A DNA stretch of 59,480 nucleotides, counting the filler. It is 5 parts of 5 records of this genome, joined end to end, with 100 filler letters (N's around TTAATTAATTAA, not from the genome) between each part and the next. Parts side by side here need not be neighbours in the genome. Positions count along the whole stretch, not along the records: positions 21,282 to 32,735 come from SRR22947725_7702; positions 32,836 to 46,920 come from SRR22947725_7716; 3 more parts are not named here. One strand, written 5' to 3'. Shown here piece after piece: positions 29,452 through 41,393 of this stretch. The translations under genes were made by a program, and so were the position numbers. The notes under the pieces are model-generated. The model was not told where the DNA came from, did no database searches, and worked only from the letters and a program-made list of their open reading frames with translations. Positions within the stretch are counted from its first letter, which is position 1. The number at the start of each line of letters is the position of its first letter.

Positions 29452-31707
29452 CTAATCTAGAGATTTTATTTCTACTTTATCTACTTTTTGAAACCCTCTG
29501 GGCAACTTGTTTCCTCGTCGGCCTCTTTCCCCACGGTAATGCTCTAAATCGGATAATTTCAAACCTAAATAACGCTTACCAGAATATAAGAGAAGCTGCT
29601 GATCTTCTCTTATTGAGGTCACTGCAACCATATATTCCTCTCTTGCTTGCAGCCTGGAAGATGGAATGCTGATTAACTTATTACCCTTCCCTCGAGCCAG
29701 TTGAGGTAGATCAGTTATGGGAAAAACTAACATACGACCCTCATTACTTACCACAATCACCAAATCTTTGTTAGGGTCAGATATGAGGGCTGGTAATAAA
29801 ACCTTTCCTCCTTTGGGAATAGAAATTGTAGCTTTTCCTGAACGATTTTTTGTTTGCAAATCCTCAATTTTTGCCACAAATCCATAGCCTGCATCTGTTG
29901 CTAGAAGTATATGTTGATTATCCTCACCCATAACCAAACCATTGAAGTTCACACCAGAGGGTGCATTTAGTCTTCCTGTTACTGGCTCTCCATGTCCACG
30001 TGCAGAAGGTAAAGAGTGGGCAGATATAGAATAAGTCCGACCCCCAGAATCCAACAGAATTACGTTTTGATTGCTACGACCCTTAACTTCGCAAAAGAAC
30101 TTATCTCCCTCTTTATAATTTAAGGAGAGTGGATCAAGGTCATGTCCTTTTGCAGACCTAATCCACCCCTTATCTGATAGGACAATAGTAACTGATTCAG
30201 AGACTATTAAGTCGGTCTCGCAAAAAGCTTTAGCTTCAACTCTTTCTATTATTGGAGATCTCCTATCGTCCCCAAATTCTTCTGCTACCTCCAATAGCTC
30301 TTTTTTTACTAAGCTTTTCAGGCGCTGGGAAGAATTAAGTATTTTTTCAAGTTTCTCTTGTTCTTTCGCAAGCTCTTTCTGCTCTGCTTTTATCTTAAAT
30401 TCTTCTAACCTTGCAAGTTGTCTTAATTTAGTCTCTAAAACATATTCTGCCTGAATATCACTTAAGCTAAATCTTTGTATTAAAATAGGTTTAGGTTCAT
30501 CTTCACCTCTAACTATTCTTATAACCTCGTCTATATTCAAGAGGGCAATTAATAGGCCATCGAGAAGATGTAATCTTTTTTCAACTTTTTCTAAACGATG
30601 CGTTATGCGTCGCTTAACAACATTCAAACGAAATTTTATCCATTCTGATAGAATTTTCTTTAATGGTTTTACCTCGGGACGACCATTAATTCCAATCATA
30701 TTCATATTTATTCTGTAACTCTTTTCTAAATCAGTCGTAACAAATAAATGATTCATTAAAACTTCAAGATCAACCCTATTTGATTTTGGAACTATGATCA
30801 ATCGAGTTGGGTTTTCATGATCTGATTCATCTCTAAGGTCATTAACCATAGGTAATTTTTTTGCATTCATTTGAGATGCGATTTGCTCTAGAATCTTTGC
30901 CCCGGAGGCTTGGTGTGGCAAAGCGGTTAGGACTATATCTCCATCTTCTTTGTGCCAAACAGCTCTCATTTTTAGACTACCGCGTCCCGTTTCATAGCTT
31001 TTTAGGATGTCATTCTGAGCTGTGACGATTTCAGCATCAGTAGGGTAATCCGGGCCCTTAATATAAGCATGAATTTCCTCAAGGGTTGCTTTTGGTTGAT
31101 CAAGCAAATGAATACAAGCGCCAACTATCTCCCTGAGATTATGGGGGGGTATATCTGTTGCCATTCCAACGGCAATACCTGTAGTTCCGTTTAGCAAAAC
31201 ATGTGGGGCTCTTGCTGGCATTATTGATGGCTCCTCTAAACTACCATCAAAATTTGGCTTCCAGTCAGCTGTACCTTGACCTAATTCACTAAGTAAAATA
31301 TCTGCAAATCTCGCTAATTTTGACTCCGTATAGCGCATTGCTGCAAAAGATTTAGGGTCATCTGGTGCTCCCCAGTTGCCTTGACCGTCTACTAATGGAT
31401 AGCGGTAAGAAAATGATTGTGCCATCAATACCATTGCTTCGTATGCAGCGCTGTCTCCATGAGGATGAAATTTACCAATCACATCACCTACGGTCCTAGC
31501 TGATTTTTTATATTTAGCCGTAGATTTAAGACCAAGCTCACTCATTGCATAAATAATTCTTCTCTGAACAGGTTTAAGGCCATCACCAATATTTGGCAAA
31601 GCGCGGTCTAAAATAACGTACATTGAGTAATCCAAATACGCTTTTTCCGTGTAATCATGCAGAGGTATTTGCTCTGGAATATCACCAATTAAGGAAGTTT
31701 CAGTCAT
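29452..31707 (-). CDS. parC: DNA topoisomerase IV subunit A
   Basis: [24 protein letters not shown]; gammaproteobacterial C-terminus [12 protein letters not shown]. Confidence 0.96.
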   Translation of the reverse strand: MTETSLIGDIPEQIPLHDYTEKAYLDYSMYVILDRALPNIGDGLKPVQRRIIYAMSELGLKSTAKYKKSARTVGDVIGKFHPHGDSAAYEAMVLMAQSFSYRYPLVDGQGNWGAPDDPKSFAAMRYTESKLARFADILLSELGQGTADWKPNFDGSLEEPSIMPARAPHVLLNGTTGIAVGMATDIPPHNLREIVGACIHLLDQPKATLEEIHAYIKGPDYPTDAEIVTAQNDILKSYETGRGSLKMRAVWHKEDGDIVLTALPHQASGAKILEQIASQMNAKKLPMVNDLRDESDHENPTRLIIVPKSNRVDLEVLMNHLFVTTDLEKSYRINMNMIGINGRPEVKPLKKILSEWIKFRLNVVKRRITHRLEKVEKRLHLLDGLLIALLNIDEVIRIVRGEDEPKPILIQRFSLSDIQAEYVLETKLRQLARLEEFKIKAEQKELAKEQEKLEKILNSSQRLKSLVKKELLEVAEEFGDDRRSPIIERVEAKAFCETDLIVSESVTIVLSDKGWIRSAKGHDLDPLSLNYKEGDKFFCEVKGRSNQNVILLDSGGRTYSISAHSLPSARGHGEPVTGRLNAPSGVNFNGLVMGEDNQHILLATDAGYGFVAKIEDLQTKNRSGKATISIPKGGKVLLPALISDPNKDLVIVVSNEGRMLVFPITDLPQLARGKGNKLISIPSSRLQAREEYMVAVTSIREDQQLLLYSGKRYLGLKLSDLEHYRGERGRRGNKLPRGFQKVDKVEIKSLD

Positions 31708-31772
31708 AATTTTATTTGCTCACCTATAAAATAAAATTTGTTAAAAAAATTAGTCTGCCAGCCAAGTAAGTC

Positions 31773-32735
31773 TCATATTTCTGCTAAATTTCCAGTATCC
31801 TCTAACCAAGTTTTTCTATCGCCTGCACGCTTTTTTGATAACAGCATATCTAACATTTGATCTGTGCTATCACCTTTTTCTATAGTTAATTGAACTAGAC
31901 GCCTTGTATCTGGATTCATTGTGGTTTCACGTAATTGCATAGGATTCATTTCACCTAGACCTTTAAAGCGCTGTATGTTTATTTTTGCATTCCTTTTATC
32001 TGCAGTAACCCTATCCAAAATACTCTGTTTTTCACTATCATCAAGGGCATAAAACACATCTTTTCCTACATCAACTCTATATAGTGGCGGCATGGCAACA
32101 TATACATGTCCCTTGTCGACCATCGAACGGAAATGTTTCACAAATAAAGCGCAAAGTAGTGTTGCAATATGAAGGCCATCAGAGTCCGCATCTGCCAAAA
32201 TACATACCTTGTGATATCTAAGATTACCCAAATCTTCTGATTGAGGATCTATACCAAGCGCAACAGAAATATCATGAACCTCCTGCGATGCCAAAACCTC
32301 TTCTCCATCTACCTCCCAAGTATTTAAAATTTTTCCTCTAAGAGGCATTATTGCTTGAAATTCTCGGCTTCGAGCTTGCTTTGCAGAACCTCCAGCAGAG
32401 TCTCCTTCGACTAAGAATATTTCACAAAGTTCTGGACTAACCGAAGAACAATCTGCTAACTTACCAGGCAACGCAGGTCCAGCAGTTACTCTCTTTCTAG
32501 CAATTTTCTTACTAGCTTTTAGTCTTTTTTGAGCATTGTTAATAAATAATTCTGCTAATAACTCAGCATCTTCTGTATGTTTATTGACCCACAAACTAAA
32601 GGCATCTTTTGTGATATTAGAAATAAATGACACTGCTTCACGTGACGACAATCGCTCCTTAGTCTGTCCAGAAAATTGAGGATCAGCTAGCTTAGCTGAC
32701 AACACAAACGCGCACTTGTCCCAAACATCCTCTGG
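31773..32735 (-). CDS. parE: DNA topoisomerase IV subunit B, 5'-truncated
   Basis: LVEGDSAGG, PLRGKILNTWE, DADSDGLHI, QRFKGLGEM; frame open to the contig edge. Confidence 0.95.
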   Translation of the reverse strand, partial: PEDVWDKCAFVLSAKLADPQFSGQTKERLSSREAVSFISNITKDAFSLWVNKHTEDAELLAELFINNAQKRLKASKKIARKRVTAGPALPGKLADCSSVSPELCEIFLVEGDSAGGSAKQARSREFQAIMPLRGKILNTWEVDGEEVLASQEVHDISVALGIDPQSEDLGNLRYHKVCILADADSDGLHIATLLCALFVKHFRSMVDKGHVYVAMPPLYRVDVGKDVFYALDDSEKQSILDRVTADKRNAKINIQRFKGLGEMNPMQLRETTMNPDTRRLVQLTIEKGDSTDQMLDMLLSKKRAGDRKTWLEDTGNLAEI

Positions 32736-32835
32736 NNNNNNNNNNNNNNNNNNNNNNNNNNNNNNNNNNNNNNNNNNNNTTAATTAATTAANNNNNNNNN
32801 NNNNNNNNNNNNNNNNNNNNNNNNNNNNNNNNNNN
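32736..32835. other. Artificial contig linker
   Basis: 44 N + TTAATTAATTAA + 44 N. Confidence 0.98.
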
Positions 32836-32862
32836 GGGGTTCAAGTCCCTTCACCCGCACCA
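32836..32862 (+). tRNA. 3' fragment of a tRNA, probably tRNA-Leu
   Basis: GGGGTTCAAGTCCCTTCACCCGCACCA (T-arm, acceptor 3' strand, CCA); tRNA-Leu commonly precedes tig in Alphaproteobacteria; anticodon not visible. Confidence 0.75.
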
Positions 32863-32886
32863 TATAAATGTAAGAGGAATACTATC

Positions 32887-34218
32887 ATGCAGGTCACAGA
32901 GACCCTTAGTGAAGGCTTAAAACGTGGTTACGAAATAAAGCTTACTTCTAAAGAATTAGATAAAAAAGTTACAGAAGATCTTATGGCTGCTCAGCCTGAT
33001 ATGGAAATGAAAGGCTTTCGTAAGGGTAAAGTTCCTTTAGCGTTGATGAAAAAGAAGTTTGGAGAGCAAGTCATGGGCGAAGCGATGCAAAAAAGTATCG
33101 ATGAAGCTATGGCAAACCATTTGAAAGAAACTGGAGATCGGCCAGCTCAACAACCAGTAATGAAGATGAAAAGTGAAACCTGGAAGCCGGGAGATGATGT
33201 GGAGGTGGCTGTGAGTTATGAAAAGCTTCCTGATTTACCGGAAATAGATTTCAAAAAGATAAAACTTGAAAGGCTTTCTGTAAAAGCAACAGATGACGAT
33301 GTCTCCAAAGCACTTTCTGAGTTAGCTGGAACCTCAAAAGATTTCGTGGATCGAAAAAAGGGGGCTAAAGCAAAAAATGACGATCAAGTTATTATAGATT
33401 TCGTTGGAAAAGTAGATGGTGAAACTTTTGATGGAGGTACTGGAAGCGACTATCCTCTAGTTTTAGGTTCGAATTCTTTTATTCCTGGATTTGAAGAACA
33501 GCTAATAGGAGCTAAAGTTGGAGAAAAAGTTGAAGTAAAGGTGAACTTTCCTGAAGATTATCAAGCAGAAAATCTAAAGGGAAAAGCTGCAATTTTTGAT
33601 TGTACTTTAAAAGGGGTCAAACAGGCTGTCCCGGCAGAGATCAACGATGATTTAGCAAAAAGATTTGGCGCTGACGATTTAAAGGGTTTAAATCAGAGAA
33701 TTTCTGACAGTTTAGAGCAAGAGTATGCGGGCGCTGCTCGCTCTGTTATGAAAAGGAAGCTTCTTGATAAGTTGGCAAAATCAGTAAAAATTGATTTACC
33801 CCCGAGTTTAGTTGAAGCTGAGGCTAGTCAGATTGCACATCAGCTGTGGCACGAAGAGAATCCTGAAGTACAGGGCCATGATCACCCCGAAATAGAAACA
33901 AAAGATGAGCACACTGAGTTAGCAAAGCGAAGGGTCGGCTTAGGTCTTATCGTTGCTGAGCTTGGTAGAAAAAATGACATCGAGGTTACAGAGGCTGAGG
34001 TAAGTCAGGCTGTTATGAACCAAGCCAGGCAATACCCAGGTCAAGAAAAACAGTTTTTTGATTTTATGAAGTCAAACCCACAGATGCAAGAACAGGTCAG
34101 AGCCCCTATATTTGAAGACAAAGTTATAGATTTTATTTTTGAATTAGTGGAGGTTAGTGAAAAAACCGTAAAGAAAGGTGATTTAGAAAAGGCAGTAAAA
34201 AAGCTTGAGGAATCTTAA
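32887..34218 (+). CDS. tig: Trigger factor
   Basis: [12 protein letters not shown] domain [14 protein letters not shown]. Confidence 0.96.
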   Translation: MQVTETLSEGLKRGYEIKLTSKELDKKVTEDLMAAQPDMEMKGFRKGKVPLALMKKKFGEQVMGEAMQKSIDEAMANHLKETGDRPAQQPVMKMKSETWKPGDDVEVAVSYEKLPDLPEIDFKKIKLERLSVKATDDDVSKALSELAGTSKDFVDRKKGAKAKNDDQVIIDFVGKVDGETFDGGTGSDYPLVLGSNSFIPGFEEQLIGAKVGEKVEVKVNFPEDYQAENLKGKAAIFDCTLKGVKQAVPAEINDDLAKRFGADDLKGLNQRISDSLEQEYAGAARSVMKRKLLDKLAKSVKIDLPPSLVEAEASQIAHQLWHEENPEVQGHDHPEIETKDEHTELAKRRVGLGLIVAELGRKNDIEVTEAEVSQAVMNQARQYPGQEKQFFDFMKSNPQMQEQVRAPIFEDKVIDFIFELVEVSEKTVKKGDLEKAVKKLEES

Positions 34219-34263
34219 TTAAATTATCCCTATCACTTTGGTATAATGTGAATATATTAAACT

Positions 34264-34297
34264 AAAAAAACCGCGCTTATTTGGCGCGGTTTTTTTT
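34264..34297. terminator. Bidirectional intrinsic terminator between tig and rplI
   Basis: A-tract, CCGCGC-ttatttg-GCGCGG, T-tract. Confidence 0.88.
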
Positions 34298-34315
34298 ATT
34301 TTATCTTCTTACTTT

Positions 34316-34948
34316 TTACTTTTCGATAAGTTCGTCAGTAGTGGGCTTACCGTCTTCTTGTGAAGGCTCAACTAAATCATCGTCCATAGAAGCTGCAGCT
34401 CCAATATCATCAAATAGTTCAGCAATCTCAAACTCTGCCTCTGCTTCTGCTTCCGCGGCAAGCTGTTGAATAGATTTTCCTTTGGCCTGTAAGGTTGCTT
34501 CCTCTTCAGATCTTGCAATGTTTAAAGTGAATGCTGTCTCTACTTCTGGATGTAATACGATACTGACTTCGTGTATTCCAAGCTCTTTTATCGGTCGTCT
34601 TAAAGAGATTTGATTTTTATCAACTACAAATCCAGATTTTACGGCAACTTCCGCCGCATCCCGTGTGCTGACAGAACCGTACAAAGATCCTGAGTCTGAA
34701 GCTTGCCTAATTATTACAAAACTTTGGCCCACTATCTTTGCAGCAGCATCTTCAGCTTCTTTTTTAGTCTCCAAGTTTCTGGCTTCTAGCTCAGTTTTTT
34801 TTGATTTAAATGCCTCAATATTTTTTTCTGTAGCATTCATGGCTTTACCTTGGGAAAGTAAAAAGTTTCTTGCAAAACCTGGCTTAACATCAACGATGTC
34901 TCCCATTTGACCTAATTTTGTAATGCGTTCGAGAAGAATTACTTGCAT
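34316..34948 (-). CDS. rplI: 50S ribosomal protein L9
   Basis: [27 protein letters not shown]. Confidence 0.96.
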   Translation of the reverse strand: MQVILLERITKLGQMGDIVDVKPGFARNFLLSQGKAMNATEKNIEAFKSKKTELEARNLETKKEAEDAAAKIVGQSFVIIRQASDSGSLYGSVSTRDAAEVAVKSGFVVDKNQISLRRPIKELGIHEVSIVLHPEVETAFTLNIARSEEEATLQAKGKSIQQLAAEAEAEAEFEIAELFDDIGAAASMDDDLVEPSQEDGKPTTDELIEK

Positions 34949-34959
34949 GTGTGTACTCC

Positions 34960-35187
34960 TTATCTAACTGAGTAGGGCAAAAGACCAATAAAACGAGCGC
35001 GTTTTATTGCTTGAGCAAGTCTACGTTGATTTTTAGCTCCAACCGAAGTTATTCGTGATGGTACTATTTTACCTCGTTCTGAGATATACCGTTGAAGTAG
35101 TCGGATATCTTTATAATCAATTGACGGGGCTTTGTCACCTACAAACGGATCAGATTTACGGCGTCTAAAAAATGGTTGAACTGACAT
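34960..35187 (-). CDS. rpsR: 30S ribosomal protein S18
   Basis: [23 protein letters not shown]. Confidence 0.96.
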   Translation of the reverse strand: MSVQPFFRRRKSDPFVGDKAPSIDYKDIRLLQRYISERGKIVPSRITSVGAKNQRRLAQAIKRARFIGLLPYSVR

Positions 35188-35198
35188 AATTTTTTCCT

Positions 35199-35561
35199 TT
35201 AATGGTTAGAGTGCGAAGATGGACGCCGCTCTCGGTCATCACGCTTCTGCATTTGTATGGATGGGCCTTCTTCATGTTTGTCAACTTTAATCGTTAAAAG
35301 TCTCAAAATATCTTCATGTATTCCCATCAGTCTTTCCATTTCTTGAACTGCCGTAGCCGGTGCATCTGACTTTAAAAAAGAGTAATGTCCTTTACGATTC
35401 TTTTTTATCTTGTAAGCCATTGTTTTTAGACCCCAATACTCACTTTCTACTACTGTTCCACCATTTTCTGTTAAGATTGTTGAAAAGTGCTCTACCAGAC
35501 TTTCTGCTTGTACATTTGAAAGGTCTTGCCGGGATATGAATACGTGTTCGTATAAAGGCAT
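35199..35561 (-). CDS. rpsF: 30S ribosomal protein S6
   Basis: [29 protein letters not shown]; start corrected from 35618. Confidence 0.95.
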   Translation of the reverse strand: MPLYEHVFISRQDLSNVQAESLVEHFSTILTENGGTVVESEYWGLKTMAYKIKKNRKGHYSFLKSDAPATAVQEMERLMGIHEDILRLLTIKVDKHEEGPSIQMQKRDDRERRPSSHSNH

Positions 35562-35772
35562 ATATTTTCCTATTCGTATTGCTTGCTTCAAAGGAGGGGC
35601 TATTTTAAGTCTCCGCACCCATCCACGAGAGGCAACGCGTTAAATATAAAAACGAAGACCAGCGGGATATAACAGGTGCTCACTAATATGCAAGTGATTT
35701 CACAAAGAATTGTTGCTAGTTCTTGTAGACTTCATTCCTGTGGTTTAAAGATTAAACTAAAGGATATTATCT

Positions 35773-36714
35773 ATGAGAGCATTAATATTTCCGGGCCAGG
35801 GATCACAAGTAATTGGCATGGGTAAAGAATTATCGGAAACTTACCCAGAAGCGCGAGCTGTGTTTGAAGAAGTGGACGACGCATTAGGAGAAAATTTGAG
35901 TAAGCTTATTTGGGAAGGTGAGTTAAATGAACTAACCCTAACTAAGAATGCTCAGCCTGCTTTGATGGCGACATCAATGGCTACATTAGCAGCCTTGATT
36001 GTTGAAGGTTTTACCTTTCAAAATTTCAGTTTCGTGGCTGGACATTCTTTAGGAGAGTATTCAGCATTAGCTTCGGTTGGTTGTTTAACAGTAGAGGATA
36101 CCGCTAAACTTTTGAGAATTAGAGGTAACGCGATGCAGAATGCTGTGCCTGTTGGTGACGGTGCTATGGCAGCAATTTTGGGTTTGGATTTCCTTAAAGT
36201 CCTAGAGATTGCGAAAGAAGCAGCGGTTGAAGGTATTTGTGATGTTGCAAACGATAATGACCCGTCCCAGGCAGTAGTTTCGGGAGATAGGGAGGCCGTA
36301 GATAGGGCTATTAAAATTTCTAAAGACTACGGTGCAAAAAGAGCAATTTTACTCCCAGTTAGCGCTCCTTTCCATTGTAAATTGATGTTTCCTGCTGAAA
36401 CAGTAATGAAAGAAGCTCTGTCTCAAGTAACTATTAGAGAACCAAAAATTCCTATTATTAGTAATATAAATGCTAAGCCTACGACTGATCCTGATTTAAT
36501 AAAAAAACAATTGGTGGAGCAAGTTACTGGAACAGTTCAGTGGAGAAAAAGTGTTTTGTATATGAGTGCACATAATGTTAAAGAAATTTGGGAAATTGGT
36601 GCAGGAAAAGCATTATCAGGTATGGTTAGAAGAATTGATAAATCGATTGATACTAGAGCTATTATAAAGATCCAAGATGTGATAGAATCTATGGAATTTC
36701 TGAATAATTCTTAA
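35773..36714 (+). CDS. fabD: Malonyl-CoA:ACP transacylase
   Basis: FPGQGSQ, GHSLGEY, VSAPFH. Confidence 0.96.
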   Translation: MRALIFPGQGSQVIGMGKELSETYPEARAVFEEVDDALGENLSKLIWEGELNELTLTKNAQPALMATSMATLAALIVEGFTFQNFSFVAGHSLGEYSALASVGCLTVEDTAKLLRIRGNAMQNAVPVGDGAMAAILGLDFLKVLEIAKEAAVEGICDVANDNDPSQAVVSGDREAVDRAIKISKDYGAKRAILLPVSAPFHCKLMFPAETVMKEALSQVTIREPKIPIISNINAKPTTDPDLIKKQLVEQVTGTVQWRKSVLYMSAHNVKEIWEIGAGKALSGMVRRIDKSIDTRAIIKIQDVIESMEFLNNS

Positions 36715-36723
36715 GGGGTTGAA

Positions 36724-37461
36724 ATGTACGATTTGGTAGGAAAAAAAGCATTAATCACAGGAGCATCGGGAGGGATTGGTGCCGCGATTGCTTCGAGGCT
36801 TCATAAAGCGGGAGCGATTGTGACATTGTCTGGGACAAGAGCCGAGCCTTTAGAAAACCTTATGGAGGAGTTAGGTGATAGGGCTTATGTGGTTCAATGT
36901 GATCTGTCAGACTCAAGCCGAGTAAGAGAGCTTGCTAACACTGCGAGCGCTCATATGAATGGAATAGATATATTAGTTAATAATGCTGGCTTAACAATGG
37001 ATAGTTTGTTTGTTCGTATGTCTGATGAACAGTGGCAAAAAGTAATTGAAGTAAATTTGTCGTCTACTTTTAAATTATCAAGAGAGGTATTGCGAGGGAT
37101 GATGAAAGCTCGATGGGGCCGTATCATTAATGTTTCTAGTGTAGTTGGAGTAACTGGAAATCCTGGCCAAGCAAATTATTGTGCTTCGAAGGCGGGAATT
37201 ATAGGTATGTCAAAATCTTTGTCTTATGAGGTTGCAAGTCGTGGTATTACTGTAAACTGTATAGCTCCCGGTTTTATTAAAACTAATATGACTGAAAAAC
37301 TTACAGAAGATCAAAAAAATAGTATTTTGAATCAAATACCTGCCAATCGAATGGGAGAAGCTAATGATATAGCTGAAGGGGTAATTTATCTTGCGAGTTC
37401 TGGGGCTAACTATCTTACTGGAACAACTTTACATATAAATGGTGGCATGGCTATGATTTAG
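36724..37461 (+). CDS. fabG: 3-oxoacyl-ACP reductase
   Basis: TGASGGIG, NNAG, YCASK; lies between fabD and acpP. Confidence 0.95.
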   Translation: MYDLVGKKALITGASGGIGAAIASRLHKAGAIVTLSGTRAEPLENLMEELGDRAYVVQCDLSDSSRVRELANTASAHMNGIDILVNNAGLTMDSLFVRMSDEQWQKVIEVNLSSTFKLSREVLRGMMKARWGRIINVSSVVGVTGNPGQANYCASKAGIIGMSKSLSYEVASRGITVNCIAPGFIKTNMTEKLTEDQKNSILNQIPANRMGEANDIAEGVIYLASSGANYLTGTTLHINGGMAMI

Positions 37462-37613
37462 TAGCAATATTAAATAGTCGATGAATAACGTTTGCGTTGT
37501 TCAAATGATGTGTTATAGGCGGCGAATAAATAATTTATTACTTTCATTTTACTAATTAAATTGTTAATTGAAAAATCAAAATGGGTCATCCCAAAAAAAT
37601 ATAAGGAAAAAAA

Positions 37614-37847
37614 ATGAGCGACATAGCAGATCGAGTAAAAAAAATCGTCGTTGAACATCTTGGAGTAGATGAAGACAAAGTTGTGGAGAATGCATCTTTT
37701 ATCGATGATTTAGGAGCAGATAGTCTTGATACCGTGGAACTTGTTATGGCATTTGAAGAGGAGTTTGAAATTGAAATTCCTGATGATGCAGCTGAGACAA
37801 TTCAAACTTTTGGAGATGCTATAAAGTTTATAAGCGAAGCTTCCTAG
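37614..37847 (+). CDS. acpP: Acyl carrier protein
   Basis: [20 protein letters not shown]. Confidence 0.97.
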   Translation: MSDIADRVKKIVVEHLGVDEDKVVENASFIDDLGADSLDTVELVMAFEEEFEIEIPDDAAETIQTFGDAIKFISEAS

Positions 37848-38069
37848 ACAGAGTACTTTGGTAATCTAATAGGTTTTTTTTGATAAAGACCACTCATATT
37901 TATTACTTATGCTTGTTAGAAAATAAACTATCTGACGCAATTAATATACGGTAACATTGGTATATCATAGACTTTTATCGGTCGACTTGATTATTGTACT
38001 TTTACGTTTTTTTTTATCGGTGTAATATACTTTTACGATGTTTATTTATATTATTTATGAGGTTTTCCT

Positions 38070-39329
38070 ATGAGAAGAGTTGTGGTTACGGGTCTTGGAA
38101 TGGTTACTCCTTTAGGGTGTGGTGTGGATCATACGTGGAAAGCGCTCCTAGAGGGGAAATCTGGGGCAGGGGCTATAAAGAGGTTTGACGCAAGCAATCT
38201 TAGCACGACATATGCATGTGAGATTCCTAGAGATAAAAACCTTAGGGGTTTTTTTGATCCAGATGACTGGATGGAACCTAAAGAGCAACGTAAAATAGAT
38301 GATTTTATATTGTATGGAGTTTGTGCGGCATCTCAAGCAATAACAGATTCTGCATGGTGTCCAACCAATAGCTATCAGTATGAAAGAACGGGAGTATTGA
38401 TAGGATCTGGCATTGGAGGATTGTCATCAATTGCTGAAACTGCATTACTAATAAGAGACCGAGGGCCTAAAAGGGTCTCACCGTTTTTTATTCCTGGAGC
38501 GTTGATAAATTTAATTTCTGGTCAGGTTTCAATAAAGTACGGCTTCAAGGGGCCAAATCATGCCGTTGTGACAGCATGTTCTACTGGAGCTCATGCTATA
38601 GGAGATGCGGCTAGATTTATTGCTTTTGACGATGCAGACGTAATGATTGCTGGTGGAGCGGAAAGTCCAATTTGCGAAATTGGAATGGCAGGGTTTAATG
38701 CATGTAAGGCGCTAAGCACAGCTCGAGCTGGAAACCCTGAAACTGCAAGTAGGCCCTGGGATAAAGATCGCGATGGCTTTGTTATGGGTGAAGGTTCAGG
38801 AGTTGTTGTGCTGGAGGAGTATGAACATGCTTTATCAAGAGGCGCAAAAATATATGCAGAAGTACTCGGCTACGGGTTATCAGGCGACGCCCATCATATA
38901 ACTGCTCCACCTATGAATCATGAAGGAGCAGAACGTGCGATGCGTGCTGCAGTTAAGCGAGCAGGTATTGCCGTATCTGATATAGATTATATTAATGCAC
39001 ACGGGACATCGACAATGGCAGATACTATTGAGTTAGGTGCAGTCGAACGGCTACTAGGAGATTATGCTAAGGACACACTGATGTCTTCGACGAAGTCAGC
39101 AACTGGGCACCTTTTAGGAGCTGCAGGGGCGATAGAAGCTATTTTTTCTATTTTAGCAATAAGAGATCAAGTAGCACCGCCGACTATAAATTTAGATAAC
39201 CTTGATGCAGAAACAGCTATGAATTTATGTGCAAATTCGAAAGTGGAGGCAAATATAAACATAGCTTTGTCTAACTCCTTTGGCTTTGGGGGAACCAATG
39301 CGTGTCTTCTAATGGGTAAGATTAACTAA
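38070..39329 (+). CDS. fabF: 3-oxoacyl-ACP synthase II
   Basis: TACSTG, NAHGTS, GHLLGAAG, SNSFGFGG. Confidence 0.95.
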   Translation: MRRVVVTGLGMVTPLGCGVDHTWKALLEGKSGAGAIKRFDASNLSTTYACEIPRDKNLRGFFDPDDWMEPKEQRKIDDFILYGVCAASQAITDSAWCPTNSYQYERTGVLIGSGIGGLSSIAETALLIRDRGPKRVSPFFIPGALINLISGQVSIKYGFKGPNHAVVTACSTGAHAIGDAARFIAFDDADVMIAGGAESPICEIGMAGFNACKALSTARAGNPETASRPWDKDRDGFVMGEGSGVVVLEEYEHALSRGAKIYAEVLGYGLSGDAHHITAPPMNHEGAERAMRAAVKRAGIAVSDIDYINAHGTSTMADTIELGAVERLLGDYAKDTLMSSTKSATGHLLGAAGAIEAIFSILAIRDQVAPPTINLDNLDAETAMNLCANSKVEANINIALSNSFGFGGTNACLLMGKIN

Positions 39330-39332
39330 TTT

Positions 39333-40478
39333 ATGCGCAATTCATTAGCCTCAAATGCATTTACAGTAGTTATAGTTCTTCTTTTATTTTTGAGTACGCT
39401 GATTGGCTGGGTCCAGGTTAAATATAAGGCTTCCGGTGGTTTAGATAAGCCAATTTGTTTCAAAGTTGGTCCAGGAGAAAATATAGAGTCTGTTTCTAAT
39501 TCTCTCAAAATAGAGAAGTTAATTGATAATCCTCTAATATTTAGATTGGGAGCAAATTATACTAAGAAAAGTTTATACCTGAAGGCTGGTTCTTTTTTAA
39601 TTCAAGAAAAGTCATCAATGAGAGATATAGTGGAGTTAATTACTGGAGTAGGACAAAATACATGTGGTAAAGAGGTCTTATATCAAGTCGGTATCAACTC
39701 ACATAAAGTTACTTTGCGAGAGCTTAATCCTGAGACTAAGGAATATGACGAGATTTTAAAGTTTGATATTAAAAAGGACTCTAAACCTGATCAATATAAA
39801 AATATTTTAAGTGAAAAAGGGGTGCGTTATAGGATAGTATTTGCTGAGGGTATTAGTAGTTGGCAAATAGCAGAGGCTTTAAAAAGCTCAGATTTTTTGA
39901 CAGGTGAAATTACTTCTTTACCCAGTGAAGGATCTTTAGCTCCAAGGAGTTATGAGGTTCAGTATGGAATGGATCGACTACTATTGATTGATCAAATGCA
40001 AAGTGAACAGATTAAAATCTTAAACACAGCTTGGAACACTAAAGACCCAAGTAGCCCTTTGAAAACTGTTAATGAAGCGCTTGTTCTTGCTTCAATAATT
40101 GAGAAAGAGACTGGTTTAGCCAGTGAACGTCATATAGTGGCGAGCGTTTTTACTAATAGAATAAAAAAAGGCATGAAATTGCAAACTGATCCATCAGTTA
40201 CATACGGGATAACAAAAGGACAAAAATTTTTGGGACGAGGTCTTAGTAAATCAGACCTTAAATTAAATACTCCTTATAATACGTATATTCATAGAGGTTT
40301 ACCGCCTACACCGATTACGAATCCTGGACGCTTAGCTATTGAGGCAGCATTAAATCCAGAGAAAACAGATTATTTATATTTTGTTGCGGATGGATCAGGA
40401 GGCCATGCATTTTCAAAAAGTCTTAAAGGGCATAATAAAAATGTTCGAGAGTGGCGGAAACTAAAGAAAAATAACTAA
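39333..40478 (+). CDS. mltG: Endolytic transglycosylase MltG
   Basis: LASIIEKET, LQTDP, YNTY..GLPPTPI.NPG, YFVADG. Confidence 0.93.
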   Translation: MRNSLASNAFTVVIVLLLFLSTLIGWVQVKYKASGGLDKPICFKVGPGENIESVSNSLKIEKLIDNPLIFRLGANYTKKSLYLKAGSFLIQEKSSMRDIVELITGVGQNTCGKEVLYQVGINSHKVTLRELNPETKEYDEILKFDIKKDSKPDQYKNILSEKGVRYRIVFAEGISSWQIAEALKSSDFLTGEITSLPSEGSLAPRSYEVQYGMDRLLLIDQMQSEQIKILNTAWNTKDPSSPLKTVNEALVLASIIEKETGLASERHIVASVFTNRIKKGMKLQTDPSVTYGITKGQKFLGRGLSKSDLKLNTPYNTYIHRGLPPTPITNPGRLAIEAALNPEKTDYLYFVADGSGGHAFSKSLKGHNKNVREWRKLKKNN

Positions 40479-40601
40479 AACATATTGTAGATAATGTATT
40501 ATAGGTTTTGTATCTTTAGGGTAACCTAGTAGATAAAAATGTTAAAATTTAAGTTTTTACAATTATTTTTTAAATTTAATGAGGGTTATAAAATAATATT
40601 T

Positions 40602-41381
40602 ATGGAAGATAAATTGTGGAATAAGGTTAGATCAGATGCAGAGCGGGCTATTAAAGCAGAACCGTTACTATCAAATTTGATTCAATCAGCTATTTTAAAT
40701 CATAATTCCTTACAAGAATCGTTGATATACCAGGTTGCCAGAAAACTATGTTCAACTGAGCTTTCAGACAAAATAATATTTGAAGTTGCTAAAGAGGCAT
40801 TCCGAGTTGACACTACACTCTTGAAAAGTGTTCAAGCTGATCTCCTTGCGGTATTTGATCGAGACCCATCATGCAATAGCTTTGCCCACCCTATATTGTA
40901 TTTTAAGGGGTTTCTGGCAATACAGGCTTACCGGATTAGCCATTGGCTTTGGAGTAATAACAGGTGTGATTTTGCATATTTGATTCAATCCCGCACGAGT
41001 GAAGCGTTTGGAATTGATATTCATCCAGCAGCAAAAATTGGGAATGGCTTAATGATAGACCATGCGCACTCTATTGTTATTGGTGAGACAGCCTCCATAG
41101 GTAATGATGTCTCCATGCTTCATTCGGTTACTCTTGGTGGAACAGGTTCTGAAGGTTTGCAAAGGCATCCAACAATTGAAGATGGTGTTCTCCTTGGTGC
41201 AGGCGCAAAGGTTCTGGGTAATATTACTGTCGGTCACTGTTCGAAGGTTGCTGCTGGATCTGTGGTTTTGAAGTCAGTTCCTCCCAAAAAGGTAGTTGCC
41301 GGTGTGCCAGCAAAAATTGTTGGTGAAGCGGGTTGTGTTAAACCTTCAATAACCATGCATCAATTAATAGAAAGAAAATAG
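40602..41381 (+). CDS. cysE: Serine O-acetyltransferase
   Basis: DRDP, GIDIHPAAKIG, VTLGGTG..RHP; start at MEDKLW (ORF track starts at 40539). Confidence 0.94.
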   Translation: MEDKLWNKVRSDAERAIKAEPLLSNLIQSAILNHNSLQESLIYQVARKLCSTELSDKIIFEVAKEAFRVDTTLLKSVQADLLAVFDRDPSCNSFAHPILYFKGFLAIQAYRISHWLWSNNRCDFAYLIQSRTSEAFGIDIHPAAKIGNGLMIDHAHSIVIGETASIGNDVSMLHSVTLGGTGSEGLQRHPTIEDGVLLGAGAKVLGNITVGHCSKVAAGSVVLKSVPPKKVVAGVPAKIVGEAGCVKPSITMHQLIERK

Positions 41382-41393
41382 CTTTCTGCTAAG

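Noticed and set aside
34960-35187. S18 lacking cysteines (RRKSDPF)
   Set aside because: Zn-free S18 forms are common in Proteobacteria
35562-35640. Possible S6:S18 leader RNA upstream of rpsF
   Set aside because: Could not fold a convincing consensus structure by eye; needs an Infernal search
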